Source: Callorhinchus milii
Lineage: Eukaryota
Length of the DNA: 64,000 nt
Direction: 5' to 3'
NCBI RefSeq assembly: GCF_018977255.1
Contig: NW_024704743.1
Span: 91,390,001 to 91,454,000 of the forward strand
Positions within the stretch are counted from its first letter, which is position 1; every line of letters begins with the position of its first letter. Positions 23,613 through 36,145 of the stretch are shown here, one piece after another. Below the pieces are notes generated by a model. It worked only from the letters and a program-made list of their open reading frames with translations, was not told the origin of the DNA and made no database searches. A program made the translations under genes and the position numbers.

Positions 23613-25313
23613 GGATAGGAAGAAACATTTGCTCCTTTTTCATCTTCGTGTGAAGCATAAGGTTTTCCCAGTGCCCCCACGCACCCAGCCCAAGTGGCCA
23701 TTATTCATTGACGAGACCTAAGGGTGAGTGTCCACTGAGGGCAGTAAAGCAGATAAACCAGACATTGTCCTTATGAGAGACCTCCGGCTCTGAAGCACTA
23801 GTCTGCGAGGGTGCTATACCACTGCAAGTTGTTGTTGTTGTTGGAGAGGAATCAACAATCATCACTTGTCTTATATTCCTTTGTCTAAACCATTGCACTG
23901 AAGCCAATTGTACTGCCTTTATTTGAGTGAGATCAACTACCACGCCAACAACAACAACAAAATTACATTTGTGTAGCGCCTTTCACGTCGGGAGGACATC
24001 CCAGGCGCTGGACAGACAGAGTTACGGACCCAGATTGAGGATCACATTTGGGGACTTGTTAATCTTATGGCCCGGTTAATTGACGAAAAAATCTGCTGAG
24101 CCATCGTAGCAGCTTATCAATTTATGGACAGAAAGCTTTCGACAACATGAGTCAATGCTATTTACCAAGCACTAAAAGCAGCGATGGGTGTATCTTTATA
24201 GCAGGATACTTGTGTGTTTCTAACAGGATGTTTATTATTTGTTTACAATTGGAGAACTAATGTCACCTCTATTGGTAAGATAAGGATCAGTATTTTGTTA
24301 CTCATTTTACACTGTTCATTCGACATTTAAATCTGCAGAATAAATAAAAATTGTTATGGAACTTGTATAATTCATTTAGATGTGTGCGACTGGGGCTACC
24401 CATTCCCAGATTTGTGTCAGTTAATCTTGTACAAATTATACTTTTAAATGATTTGTCTCTATGCCAGTGTCAATTTCTATAAGTGCCTTTTCAATATTTA
24501 TAATATAACTGGCTATTAAATAAAATGACATTTTCTCGTACATATCATGGCCAACAATCCCCCTTAATCACTTACTTCATGTGTGCAAATTGGCTGCTGT
24601 GTTTGCCTAAAAATACAGTTACGGTACTTTATGGTATATACTGTGAAGTGCTTTGGGATGTGCTCCTGATGTAAAAGGTGCTTTATGAAATGTAAGGCTT
24701 ATTATTTATTATCATATTTTGCATTACATTTATTCAAATAAAGCACCTAGTGATAAGTTGCTTGAGGTAAAATGTATTGGGCATGTGAGTTAGGGGTTTC
24801 CACAACTCACTGGTGCTTATGAACTGTCTTGGCTCCTTGGCTTTTGGAATAAATTGTAGATTGTCAGCTTGTCATCAAGTATCCTTCAAATAATAAAACA
24901 ATCAAAACGTTTTTGACTTGCCTGCGTTTTAATAACATAAAAAATCCGTCCAAAAATTTCAAAACGGCTCAAGTAATAAATAATAAAATCTGATTTCTTG
25001 TCACTGAAAATCTGCAAGACTGAGATTATGAAGGATTGGTCAAGATGTTCATTGAATTCTGTTATCATTAAAGATCATTGTACTGCTATTGGAGCAATAA
25101 CACAGTGTAACGTAAACCAATTCATGGTTTACGTTACACCAAGTCAATGAATGATTGAGAAGTTTTTGTGCACTGGGCGTTCCATTTAGCAAGTTCTTTG
25201 TTGTTGGCAAAGTCCTATTCTGCGCTATTAGGTAAGGTTAGCAAATTCTGGAATTCCAACTTCAAATCATAAATAATATGACATTATTAATACCTCATCA
25301 AATTATACTTAAA

Positions 25314-25665
25314 AATAATCCTTGCAGGTGATATAGTGCCTTATCACGTCATCAAGATGTCTAAAGCGCTTCACAGCATTTTACTGTAAAGTGTAGTGAC
25401 TGTGTATTTGTAGGCAAACACAGCAGTCAATTTGTGCACAGCAATGTCCCATGTAGTGAATAATCAATTTTTTCTAGAGACTGTTGTCCAGGACAATGGG
25501 AGAAACTCCCTTCTCTTTTCAAATAGTGCCATGAGATCTTTAACATCCATCTGAACAAGTAGATGGGACCTCGGTTTAATGTCTCATTCAAAGGACAGCA
25601 CTCCCAGCACTGCATTGGAACGTCAACATAGACTATATGCGTTCCAAATGCAGATGTGGGGCTTG
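25314..25665 (-). mobile_element. Old Deu-type SINE
   Basis: aataatccttgca tail, aatttgtgcacagcaatgtccca core, ggacctcggtttaatgtctcattc body and ggggcttga head remnant. Confidence 0.8.
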
Positions 25666-26550
25666 ATTACATTTTAGGTTAGGATATCTTTATAAGGCCA
25701 CAAAGATAAATTGGTTAAAATTCTCAAACAGAGCAAATATCACTTGGCTGTTACTAAGAAACTGTAAAGAATAGCATAGAATAGAAGAATAGTAAATAGT
25801 CCACCATTGATTAGCAAATGGGAAAAAAAGCTTTTATTGCTGGGATCGTTTAATGGAACAGATGTGCACCATTTATGTCCCAATATAATCACATGGTGTG
25901 TTGTTGCAAAGATCCGGCCAAAAAGGTCTGAGGTGTGCTTTATGCTAATACAGTGGATCGCCCTTTAAAATCGAGACTGGAAATTTATTCTGACTGTGAT
26001 TCAAGCATGAATATATATTATATATATAGGCTTGTTGTCAATCTTGGAAACTTGTATTCCATTCATATTCACTTGTAAGAAACCAAGCTAAGTATTGAGA
26101 AACTGTTAATTTTCAATCCACAGCAACAGAGAGCTCCAGTCTGATTCCAATCTGCTCTACATAAAAACATTTCCCTTATTAAAATTCTATGGAAATGGTT
26201 CTTGGGGAGATTCATGCATTTCAATTAAGGTTTATCTTTAAGATACTATGTGTGCTGATTAGAGTTGCTCGAGGCCACAGAGGATGTTTACCATTTTCTT
26301 TTGTAAATTAAATCTTTTAGGAACATTTGTGTCTTGTCAACAATGGTAATGGTTTATTTTTGACTAACGTGTGTTGCACAGGGAGGATGCTTAAATGTCA
26401 ATGAAAATTTCCAAATTAGCATGAACCAGACAGTTCGCACCACAGGCAGTGGATTGAGAGCTTGTCCCTCTCTCTCTGTCTCTCTCTTTGAATCTCTCTC
26501 TCATGTCTGGTTGGTACAGTATTGTGCACTGCTTGTGTATGTGTGTATGT

Positions 26551-26876
26551 AATAATAATAATAATAATAATCCTTGCATTTGATATAGCGCTTTTCACGT
26601 CGGGAGGACGTCCCAAAGCGCTTCACAGACCACACTGTAAAGTGAATTGACTGTATATTTGTGGGCGAACGCGGCAGCCAATTGCGCACAGCAATGTCCC
26701 ACAAACAGTTGTAGATTGAAAATGACCAATTTATTATTGTTTTGGTTTTGGAGGGATTATTATTAGGCTCTGTGTGGAGTAAGGAAACTTGCCCAAGGTT
26801 TCGCCCTCTGCCTGGAATTGAACTCAGGTTTCTCGCTTGCAAAGCGAGTGCTCTAACCACTGAGCTACAGGACTCC
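26551..26876 (-). mobile_element. Young full-length SINE (tRNA-Ala head, Deu, L2 tail)
   Basis: Reverse complement nearly identical to 6245-6574 over its full length. Confidence 0.93.
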
Positions 26877-27451
26877 ATGTGTTTGTGCGTTGGGGAGTGA
26901 GAGAGGCAGAGGTGAAGGAGACAATCAATAAAAGAAAGAAAAATACTTTCCAGTTGTAATTCAGCTACTGTGATGAATTAAAACTGCATGACCATTATTT
27001 CAATCCCAAAAGCAGTAACTGACTGCTTTAACCTCTTGTAACCTAACAGGTGAACTCCATTTTGTTCTTTTCGTTGGTGTTCTCCGTCTTGTATGAAATC
27101 AAAAACCTTACCCTAGCTTTACCACTCGATGCTCCAAGCACTTAGTGTGGAAAGGTGTGGAATCATTTATATGTCCTTATCCAAGACAGAGGCAAAAAGC
27201 ATCTGGATAGATGTGGGAGGCAGCTCACCTCAATATTAATAAGTTAAACTGCCTGGGCTTACATTTCTGTTTCAGCAGATCATATGCTTTTGTCTCAATT
27301 ATAAGCTTGATGAGGAACGAAGGAGTAAGACAGGGTGTAGTGCACTTTATGAGGAAGTTTCAGTATGTTCTGCATTGCCCACTGACTGTACACCCATCAG
27401 TCACGATTATAACATATTACCAAAACACAGTCATTTCTCTCAGTGACTTAC

Positions 27452-27615
27452 ATTTTGGTCCTGCTGTAGCTGTTCCTGTGATGGTCGAGCGCGGACCTCC
27501 TTTCATGGGGAAGCCGCCCTTTCCCCTGCGGGTGACCGGTATCGTGACTCGGGGTCGCTTTATGGGTATAACTGCACGAGGAGGAGGTGGCACCCGGCCA
27601 TGGTAATCAAACATC
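27452..27615 (-). CDS. RALYL: RALYL coding exon (164 nt): Pro-rich/basic segment [23 protein letters not shown]...TATAGPK
   Basis: Acceptor tttcttgtctttcag at 27616, donor gtaagt at 27451; 1+54 codons+1 nt. [21 protein letters not shown] and RRGKG.F.MKGG.RST are characteristic of RALYL rather than RALY or HNRNPC (recalled from the human protein). Confidence 0.96.
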
Positions 27616-27879
27616 CTGAAAGACAAGAAACCATTGATGTTTAAAGCTTGAAACATGATCCCTGTTTTTCTCAGATATCTAAAACAGCAAACGTGGGATA
27701 AAACCCTGGATTAGGAAGGAAGAAAATTAAAGAAATCCCAGAACCAGCCCTGGCTTAGCTCTCTCATAGACCAGGGACAACGTCAAGTGCTAGGATTGCA
27801 GACCATGAAAATGTTACCCCATCACTGACTCCATTTCATTCATTTAATCTCCAAGGGTAAATTCTGAAACTCCATCCCC

Positions 27880-28110
27880 CAGTGCCTTCGCTTTGTTTCC
27901 TCCCTTTCCTCCTTCAAGGCCGGTCTCAAGACCTTTCTCTTCAACCGTGCCTTCAGCTCCCCTCTCGGCTCTCTACCCCCTCCTCACTCCCTCCCCTCAC
28001 CCTGACCAGTTCCCCCATGCTCGGGTCCCGACCCAACTGTACAGCTCCTTGGGACGTCCTCCCGACGTGAAAGGCGCTCTATAAATGCAATATTGTTGTT
28101 GTTGTTGTTG
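27880..28110 (+). mobile_element. L2-clade LINE 3' end, young, (TTG)n tail; likely partner of the SINE
   Basis: cttcaaggccggtctcaagacctttctcttcaaccgtgccttc (FKAGLKTFLFNRAF, typical L2 ORF2 end), then ttgggacgtcctcccgacgtgaaaggcgctctataaatgc and (TTG)n. The tail is shared with the SINE. Shorter copies lie near 23945-24040 and 58275-58337. Confidence 0.85.
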
Positions 28111-28384
28111 TAAATGTACACACTGGCTACTGAGGTTAACAAGCAAAACCTCAGCAGATTCACCTTCCTTCACACCTCCACTATTGATCTCTAGACTGAC
28201 CCTTCTCCTCCCACCCACTCACTACTTCTCCTCCGTAGTAGTAGTACTACAGGTACCACCAAGTGTTGTGAGTGTTTCATCATTTGACGTACGTTTGCAC
28301 ATTAATGGAACAGGTTATCAGAAAGAGTGGAAAGGGCCAGGACCCTGGATTTATTGAAGGACCAGTTTCATGCTGTAAAGGTAA

Positions 28385-28636
28385 AATGTTCCCTCTGTTC
28401 CACCATCAGTAGCCGCACTTTCAGCCACTACACTCTGAAACCCTGGAATCTCTCCGTCAATCCTTCTACCTTGCCCCCTCCTTCCCCGTCTTTAGGTTGT
28501 GCCTGAAGACTCTCCTCTTTGACTGCTTGTGATCACCTTCCACCTTCCTTTGGAATTGTGCTCCCCCACTGTCAAGCACTCTGGGACACTATCCTGCTTG
28601 AGGAGCGATATATAAATCTAAATCATTGTGTTGTTG
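28385..28636 (+). mobile_element. Older L2 3' end
   Basis: ccaccatcagtagccgcactttcagccac...ctggaatctct...ctgaagactctcctctttgac, then degenerate tail. Confidence 0.65.
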
Positions 28637-31600
28637 AAGTGGGTTTGATTATTCTGCGCAGATGAAATCATATGGGCTCAAATCTCAAGATCTCCACACA
28701 ATCTCCAGATGCAGCTTATAAATCATCTTTCATAAACTGGTAAAAAAAATTATATAATATGAATATTATTTGGATAAAGAGAGTTGGATAACATTCAACC
28801 ACAGGATTTTTCACATAGTGAAGTGAAGGGAGGATGCCCATGTTGGAGCAGAGTGAGGCTGTGGGATGATCCAGGAAGAACAGGAGGTGATGATGGCAGG
28901 AGGAAAGGAGGAAAGAAGGGGGTATTGAAGTATGCGGAGTGGAGCGTGAGGTGTGTGGGGCATGGTGGCTAGAAGGAGGATGGTTGGGGAAGTATGGTAT
29001 GGGAGAGGGGATTAAGAGGCTGGAGGCTCTTGTGAAGTATGAACACTGGCACGGACTAGTTAGGCCAAATGGCATGTTTCCGTGCTGTAACATTTAATGT
29101 AATTCTATCTAAATTCACACCCTCCCAGCTCAGAAATAGTCTGCAAGCAGAAGTCAGCAATTTGCTGCCTGGTTGCAGTTTGAATGTCCTTATTTTAGTA
29201 AATACCCCACTTTTACTAACACTGAATTTTCCAGCTCTCCCTCTAATACTGTCTTCGTTGCTGGGATAAGAACCCAGGTATAGTATTGAATCATCTGTCA
29301 AAATAATCAGCCATGTGACACTGATTCAAAGAGAGACAGGATCTCCCCCCCCACCCACACACAACATCAAACTGCTCACCCACAATCAGATGGTTTGATA
29401 TCAGTCTAATTTTCCAATTGAACTGTTCCATTCAGAGCAAAGCATTGGTGTTAACTGTAGGTTTTGTAACATGCTGTGCTATCGATAGGGAATGTTTTAT
29501 ACACAATGTCTTGTACGGAAAAGCTCCTGAGTGCAGATGTACAAGGCAAGGCTGTTGCTTCCTTCCAGGATGGAAGGCAAGATTAGCCAGAATGTAATCC
29601 CAGGAGTTACTGCTGTATTGATGGAAGAATGGCTCCGTGGTACAGGGAGATTGGATAGAATAGATGCAAAAATTGTTGAGAAAATAACAAACATTCTGGT
29701 CACAAACCCAAATGCTAAATGTTCAGAAACGCTGGATCATTTCTTATTTGTAGTTTTGCCAACTCTTCTGTTGACCTTTGTAGCCAACTGTCTGGAAACA
29801 ATTTCTGACTCACGGCTCTGGTCTGGAAAGCTTGATTTGATCAAATTCCAGAGAAAATACAAGAATGGAGAGCTTGGGAGGAGCAACTGATTAAAAATCA
29901 TATTATTCATGTTAAGACTGAAAGAGATAAATTATTACCCAGCACTGAAAAAGTTATTACCCAGCAACTTTCCCTTCCCTAAGAAACACTCATATGCTCT
30001 AGTGGAGCCTAGCTTGACTTTTTGAAACTCAGACTGTAATCATTAAAGACAAGGGTAGGAAGTAGGTCAGTTATTGAGCTGAAACAAATACTAATGCCAG
30101 TTGGACACATTCTCTGTAAAAGGTGGGACAGAAGTGTCACCTCCTATCAGATAGATTTTTCTACTTGAGGTTTGGAGAATAGGACAGCTGTAAGGCTTGT
30201 TATATCCTGGTAAGGGTTTAACTCTTTCACGATGCAATCAAATAGGCTTAAACTCGAGTCATCGTAAGCATATGGATTCAGAAAGTGCTCAAAACAGGAA
30301 AAAACGCAGCATAAATGGCACAATGTCTTGGAAGGTGTTTTGTGATGCAAAGTGTGTCTCCTGCAGGGAACTCAGCAATTATGAGACCGATGTTCTAACC
30401 CGAGGTCACCACAGAGCAATGTTCTCGCAAATCAGCGTGACATGCATGAGCTTTGCTGCATAAGACGCACTATACGTCTCAAAGTTCTTTTTCCAGGGTG
30501 AAGTGCCAATTACGCTTGTATTTTCCCATTTGACTACTTTTTCAGCCTCATACATTGTACCGCAGACAAACCTGAGAAGCAAAATCTCCAAATCACATTT
30601 TGTTTTGCAGTCATTTTTGGCTTTTACTTTTCATTGACTCAGCCTTGTGAATAAACAAGCAGTGGTTGTCGTTGAGCATTATTTCCCCAGTACTTTATGA
30701 GGTTCTTTGGGGAGAAATTCTGGGAAATATCATTCTTAATAGACCACTGAGCCAAGGGACGAACAAATATATGGTCCAAAGACCAGAGACAGACAGGGTA
30801 TGCAATCCAACAAATACTCCATTCTAACTTGCAGTCACTTTCACTGTCTGATTCATTCAACAACCTCACACATCCATGGCATCCTGTAGATAAAATGGGG
30901 AATAAAAAGGATACAATTGTAAACAAAACCCAATTTCAAGCAATTTCAACCTTTAAAAGAAAATGTAATACAGGCACACAGGAATGAAAGAACATTGCAA
31001 TGGGTTTGGCTGGTTCCCCACCCCCCAAACAATCATCTAGTACAATGCTGTTTAACCGCACGCCGACATTATAATGCACCTGGCCAGTCTTCCTCTCAAA
31101 TCCCATCTCTCTCTCTACCTCACCTAGCCTTCGCTATTAAAGTCTACCTAATTCCCACTTGAAATTGTCCAAAATGATAATGAAAATATTCTAGTGTCTT
31201 TGTCTAAGAGATTGTGGAACCGTTCCTTTTTTGAGAAAAAATAACCTTTTGAAATGCACCCTTCAACCATACTTTCAAATTTCCCACCGTCTTCTGAGGA
31301 GTTAACACTAAATAAACATGGAACACAGAGACTCAGTGGATTTATGATGGTTCAATGGTTACTATTTCTGATTGAGAGAAAAGTGTGGAATGGAGGCAGA
31401 CATCTGGGGCAAAAAGAAAGCTTCAGTGACTCATGTTGCTGCTTCTTGCTATAAGTTCACAAATCCTTTCCAGTAAATTCTGTCTCAATTTAAACTCCTT
31501 GGTGCTAGGGAACTTTATCAATAAATGATACAAGAAGAGTTTATCTCAGAAATGGGGACATGGGTAGCTATAACACAAATAGCCATGGTTACAGGTACAC

Positions 31601-33744
31601 GCTAAATATTACATTCATTTATTTACCTTCAGACAAATTCCATCATTCTATTATTGCACTCACATTATATTACTACCTTGCCTATATATGGAAGCTTCAG
31701 CCTTACTCCCATGGTTCACATAGATGCAGATGCAGTTAATAGCATAAAAATAAGTGTACTTTGAGAGAAAATTATACACTTGTAAAAAAGCTTCTAAATA
31801 TCATAAATGTATATACCATAAAATATTATTTTTATAGGCGATATTAAGAGTGTCTTTCAACTAAGATTGGGTTGAAATTTCATGTTGGACGATGCAATCT
31901 GGCTTATTGCTTGTATTACTAATACAGAGACCTGCTACATCTGATTTTGTTAAGTTTCTTTATTACTGGAATAATCAAACTCGCCTTGCCAGAGGCAGAC
32001 ACAAACTATTCACATGTGGAACAGCACCTGGTACACAGACATAAAGAAGTGTAATAACGACTGATCTGTAATTTCACAAATCCGCGGCCAAAATCTAATA
32101 CCACTGATTCATTATGGCTGCAATCGCAGCACACAGTGTTACCATAAACTGTACACATTTATGTGTGAGGCAACCTTCAAACTGCAATTCTTGCCAATGT
32201 TTGTATGTAGCCCTGTGAAAGCAGGTGGATTATTGTTGAGCAGAGAAACTGGAGTATCAACGGCAAACATTCAAGATCAAACAGATGAATATGAATGTTG
32301 TGAAGATTGGCCAGTTTACATAAGAACATACAAAATGCTAGACGAGAAAAGACCAAGGCCCATCTAGTCCCCTTTTGCCTTCCTTGCGGTTGCATGCATA
32401 TATGTCCCAAACTATCTATGTACTATATCCCATAATGTTATTTCCTAAAAGAAAATTATCTAAACCTGTATTTGAAAGAATCAACATTTCAGTTTGTGTC
32501 TACACGTGTCAAAGATGCTCTGTGCCTCCGTCAAAGCTTCTGCTGACCTTTGATGCAGGTTTCTGGTTCTAGTTAACAGTGGTCTAAAGAGACGATCAGG
32601 GTTGACAACACACAGGCATCGGGTAAATAGGAGCCCCACCCTACAATGTGCACAGCACAAATCAGGATTTATTTGACCTCTCAACATTTTTGATCATCCG
32701 TTCCCGTTCCTGAAGTAAAGCTTTATCCTCCCCTCTATTGCTCCTGCTATTGCTAGGTCATCTCTTCCATAATACTTGCCCTTTACTCCTCCCTGGCCAC
32801 AGGGAGCATTCTGGCTATTTCAGAAAGGAGCGAATACACTGGTTGTGTGAGGTGTCACTGATGTTAACAGCAACAACAAAATTACATTTGTATAGCGCCT
32901 TTCACGTCAGCATGTTAATAATAATCATAATAATCCTTGTATTTGATATAGTGCCTTATCCCATCATTCGGACAACTCAAAGCACTTCACAGAATATACT
33001 GTAGAGTGAATTGATTATACATTTGCGAGTCCAGGTAACAACACATATTAACAGGACACCCACCTGGCTTTTCAGTTTATGGCCTCAATGTACGTCACTG
33101 GTACACACAAGAAAGGAAGGCAAAACATATCAAACGCCCAAATAAGAAAGTGAAGCCTGCTTGTGAAGCTTGACGTTTGAAACCTTCACTTATCTGTTAT
33201 GGATGGAGTGCATTTTTCCCTCCAACCCCACTGCCCTCTACGGTTGCTCTTTTTTCCCCAAAAGACAGGCATTTTGACATTTACAAAAATAAATTAATTC
33301 TCTAAGGTTAGCTCAGTCCTAAAAAAAAGCGCTTTCACTTTCTGCTGAAATTCAAATAAAATATGCTAAATGTTTTACATCCACTTTACAATTGCTGGCA
33401 ATCATTTCTGGCAGGAGAAAAATTCCACCTCCACCCCCCTTGCTGGCCTTCTCTCCCTCCCCCCTACAGTTTCAAAATCAATATCCTTGAAAAGCTATTA
33501 AGATCTAGGACAGAAAAATACAGCTAAAGAAGTAATTTTTCAATGACAATCCTTGCAATAAATATATATACGTATTGTATCTGAATTTCCATATTTTCAA
33601 TGGAATTGAGGACAGAGTTAATGCCTCTGAGTTGTTGCTGAATACTCTCTTCCTTATAATTTACAATAAGCATAACCTTGCCACTCCAGATTACAAGGGT
33701 AATGGAACAAGAGCAAATAATCAAAAGAATTAGGAATAAGAAAT

Positions 33745-34062
33745 AGCGAGTGGGAGACCTGGGTTCGATTGCCGGCCAGGGTGAAATGTTAGGCAAGTTG
33801 GTTTACTCCACACGCCTCCGTTTATCTTGCAGTAAGTAGGAACCCGGTTGTTAGTCGATTGGCGGGTTGCTTTTCTGGGGGTAATAATCCCTTCAAAATA
33901 AAATATAAATAATAACAATAATTTGGTCCACCAATATACGACCGTTTGTGGGACATTGCTGTGTGCAAATCGACTGCTGTGTTCACCTATCAAATACATA
34001 GTCATTACATTTTATAATATATCCTGTGAAGCGCTTTGAGACATCCTCCCAATGTGAAAGTG
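33745..34062 (+). mobile_element. Older, longer variant of the tRNA-Ala/Deu SINE with an extra internal segment
   Basis: gagacctgggttcgattgccggccaggg head, an extra segment (cctccgtttatcttgcagtaagtaggaacccggttgttagtcgattggc...), then Deu core and tail. The same variant occurs at 50643-50916. Confidence 0.8.
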
Positions 34063-34074
34063 TGAAACATATTT

Positions 34075-34407
34075 GGTGTCCTATAGCTCAGTGGTTAGAG
34101 CACTCTCCTCGCAAAGTAGAGACCTGGGTTTGATTCCTGGCAGGACGAAACCTTGGCAAGTTTTCTTACTCCACATGCCTGATAATAATCCCTCGAGAAA
34201 AAATAACAATAATAAATTGGTTACTTCAATCCATGACTGTTTGTGGGACACTGCTGTGCGCAATTGGCTGCCGCGTTTTGCCCACAAATATACGGTCAAT
34301 TCACTTTACAGCATATTCTGTGATGTGCTTTGAGACATCGAGAAGGTGTGAAAAGCACAATATCAAATGCAAGGATTATTATTATTATTATTATATTATT
34401 ATTATTA
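34075..34407 (+). mobile_element. Full-length SINE (tRNA head, Deu, L2 tail)
   Basis: GGTGTCCTATAGCTCAGTGGTTAGAGCACTC...tatcaaatgcaaggattattatt. Confidence 0.9.
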
Positions 34408-34679
34408 ACAATAAACCAGTGACCATTGCTGGAAAGTGTACCCTGGATTCCGAAAAGATCAGACTGAATTGTGATGGCCGCAATGGTGTCTTGAGTCAAG
34501 CACCTCAGCACATACAGTGTGCCACCTGCAGGGAACCCATGTACATCGCATTGACCTGGGAGACCTATAGCTGTAACTGGAGATGTGTCCTTCAGGAAAG
34601 GACGGGAAACAATAAGAAGAAAAAGCTCTTCTGAATTTATGGATACAGTATTTATAAAATCAAAACCAAGGGGGAAGCT

Positions 34680-35250
34680 TGTAGAAATCTTGGGGGTTTA
34701 GTTGATTCTCATTTCACCATGTCAAACCAGTGTGAGACAGCAATAACCAAGGCAAACAGGATGCTGGGCTGTGTTGCTAAATCAGTTGAGTTCTGATCCC
34801 CAGATACATTACTCAAGTTATGTGGTGCTCTGAACAGACCATACCTAGAGTATACAGTACAGATCTGGTCACTGTGACATACGGAGGCGGCTCAGGCCCT
34901 TGGGGCAGTGCAGAGGAAAGCAACAAGCACGATCCCCAGTGTTAGAGGAATGAGCTATGAGTAAACATTAGACAAGATAGCAATCTTCAGTCTTGAAGGC
35001 GACCTGTCAGAAGATACCTTAAAGACGTGTTTCAGGTTTTAAATGCGATTGAAAAAGTAAACCCAGATCAATACTTTCAGATGGATGGTGACAGTAGAAC
35101 AACACAGATTTAGAATTTCAAAGGGCAATTTCAGAAGCTTCACTAGGAATTATTACTTTACCCAGAGGGTAAATAATGATGGTAACAAGGTTACGAGGAA
35201 GGATCTTTGAGGCTTGGATGTTGAACTAATTTTTTTGAAAAACAGATCAA
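34680..35250 (+). mobile_element. CR1 LINE ORF2 3' fragment, decayed
   Basis: aaggcaaacaggatgctgggctgt...cagaccatacctagagtat...tctggtc corresponds to the CR1 KANRMLG...RPHLEY..QFW motif, with stops and frameshifts. Confidence 0.75.
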
Positions 35251-35789
35251 TGCTGTGATACAGGACAGTCATGTAGTTATTCTGGAATAAGATCTCAAAT
35301 CTCCTGTGTGATCTTGTGAGGGGATTTCTCAACATTGCTTCAAACTTTCATAGGACATATAGTCCTAAAGATAAACACGCAGACCAGAGCAGTGACAGCA
35401 AAGGAAAACACGTTATGAACCTCAAAGAAATTGAAACAGTATAAACATTTTTAAAAAAATATTTAAAAAAAGATATCTGGGAATTATATTCAAAGTGCAA
35501 GAGCTTAAACGACTCAGTGAAGCGTGCAAGCTTCTTTCTCATAATTTACAGTGTTATTTAAGCCTATCAAAGGGTGGGCTACAGTCTCACAAAATACCCA
35601 GAGACTTCACTTAATATCTGCCCATTCTGTGTATAAATATTGAAATGTAAATGTGAAAGCAAAATGGATAAAAGGACAGGAGGAATAGAGACTTGACGGA
35701 GGATGAGAAAGGTAGCTCACTGAGCTCTCTAATGTCATATCATGAGTCTCTCCATAGGACCTTCCAGGATCCCAGCTCCATAACATTGT

Positions 35790-36145
35790 TAGAGGAAGTA
35801 ATGCTTCAGTTGTACAGGGCCTTGTTCAGATTCCATCTAGAGTACAACTGTCAGTTTTGTGCATTGCAAGGGTTAAATTATAAATTATGAGGATAGGTTG
35901 CATAAACTGGGTTTGTATTTCCTGGAGTTCAGAAGGTTGAGGAGTGATCTAATCAAGATGTTTCAAATGATAAAGGGACTTGATAGGATAGATACAGAAA
36001 AATGTTCCAATATTGGGGGAATCCAGAACTAGGGGCCATAGGAATTAGAGCCAGGCTTGTCAGACGTGAAACCAGAAAGCGTTTTTTTTACACAAAGGCT
36101 TGTGGAAATCTGGATTTCTCTTCCCCAAAAAGTTGTGGATGTTGC
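35790..36145 (+). mobile_element. CR1 LINE ORF2 3' fragment
   Basis: MLQLYRALFRFHLEYNCQFCA followed by agaaggttgaggagtgatctaatcaagatgttt (RRLRxDLIxxF-like). Confidence 0.75.

Noticed and set aside
29531..29890. 119-aa + strand ORF
   Set aside because: No recognisable domain or splice context; length is within chance expectation for 64 kb.
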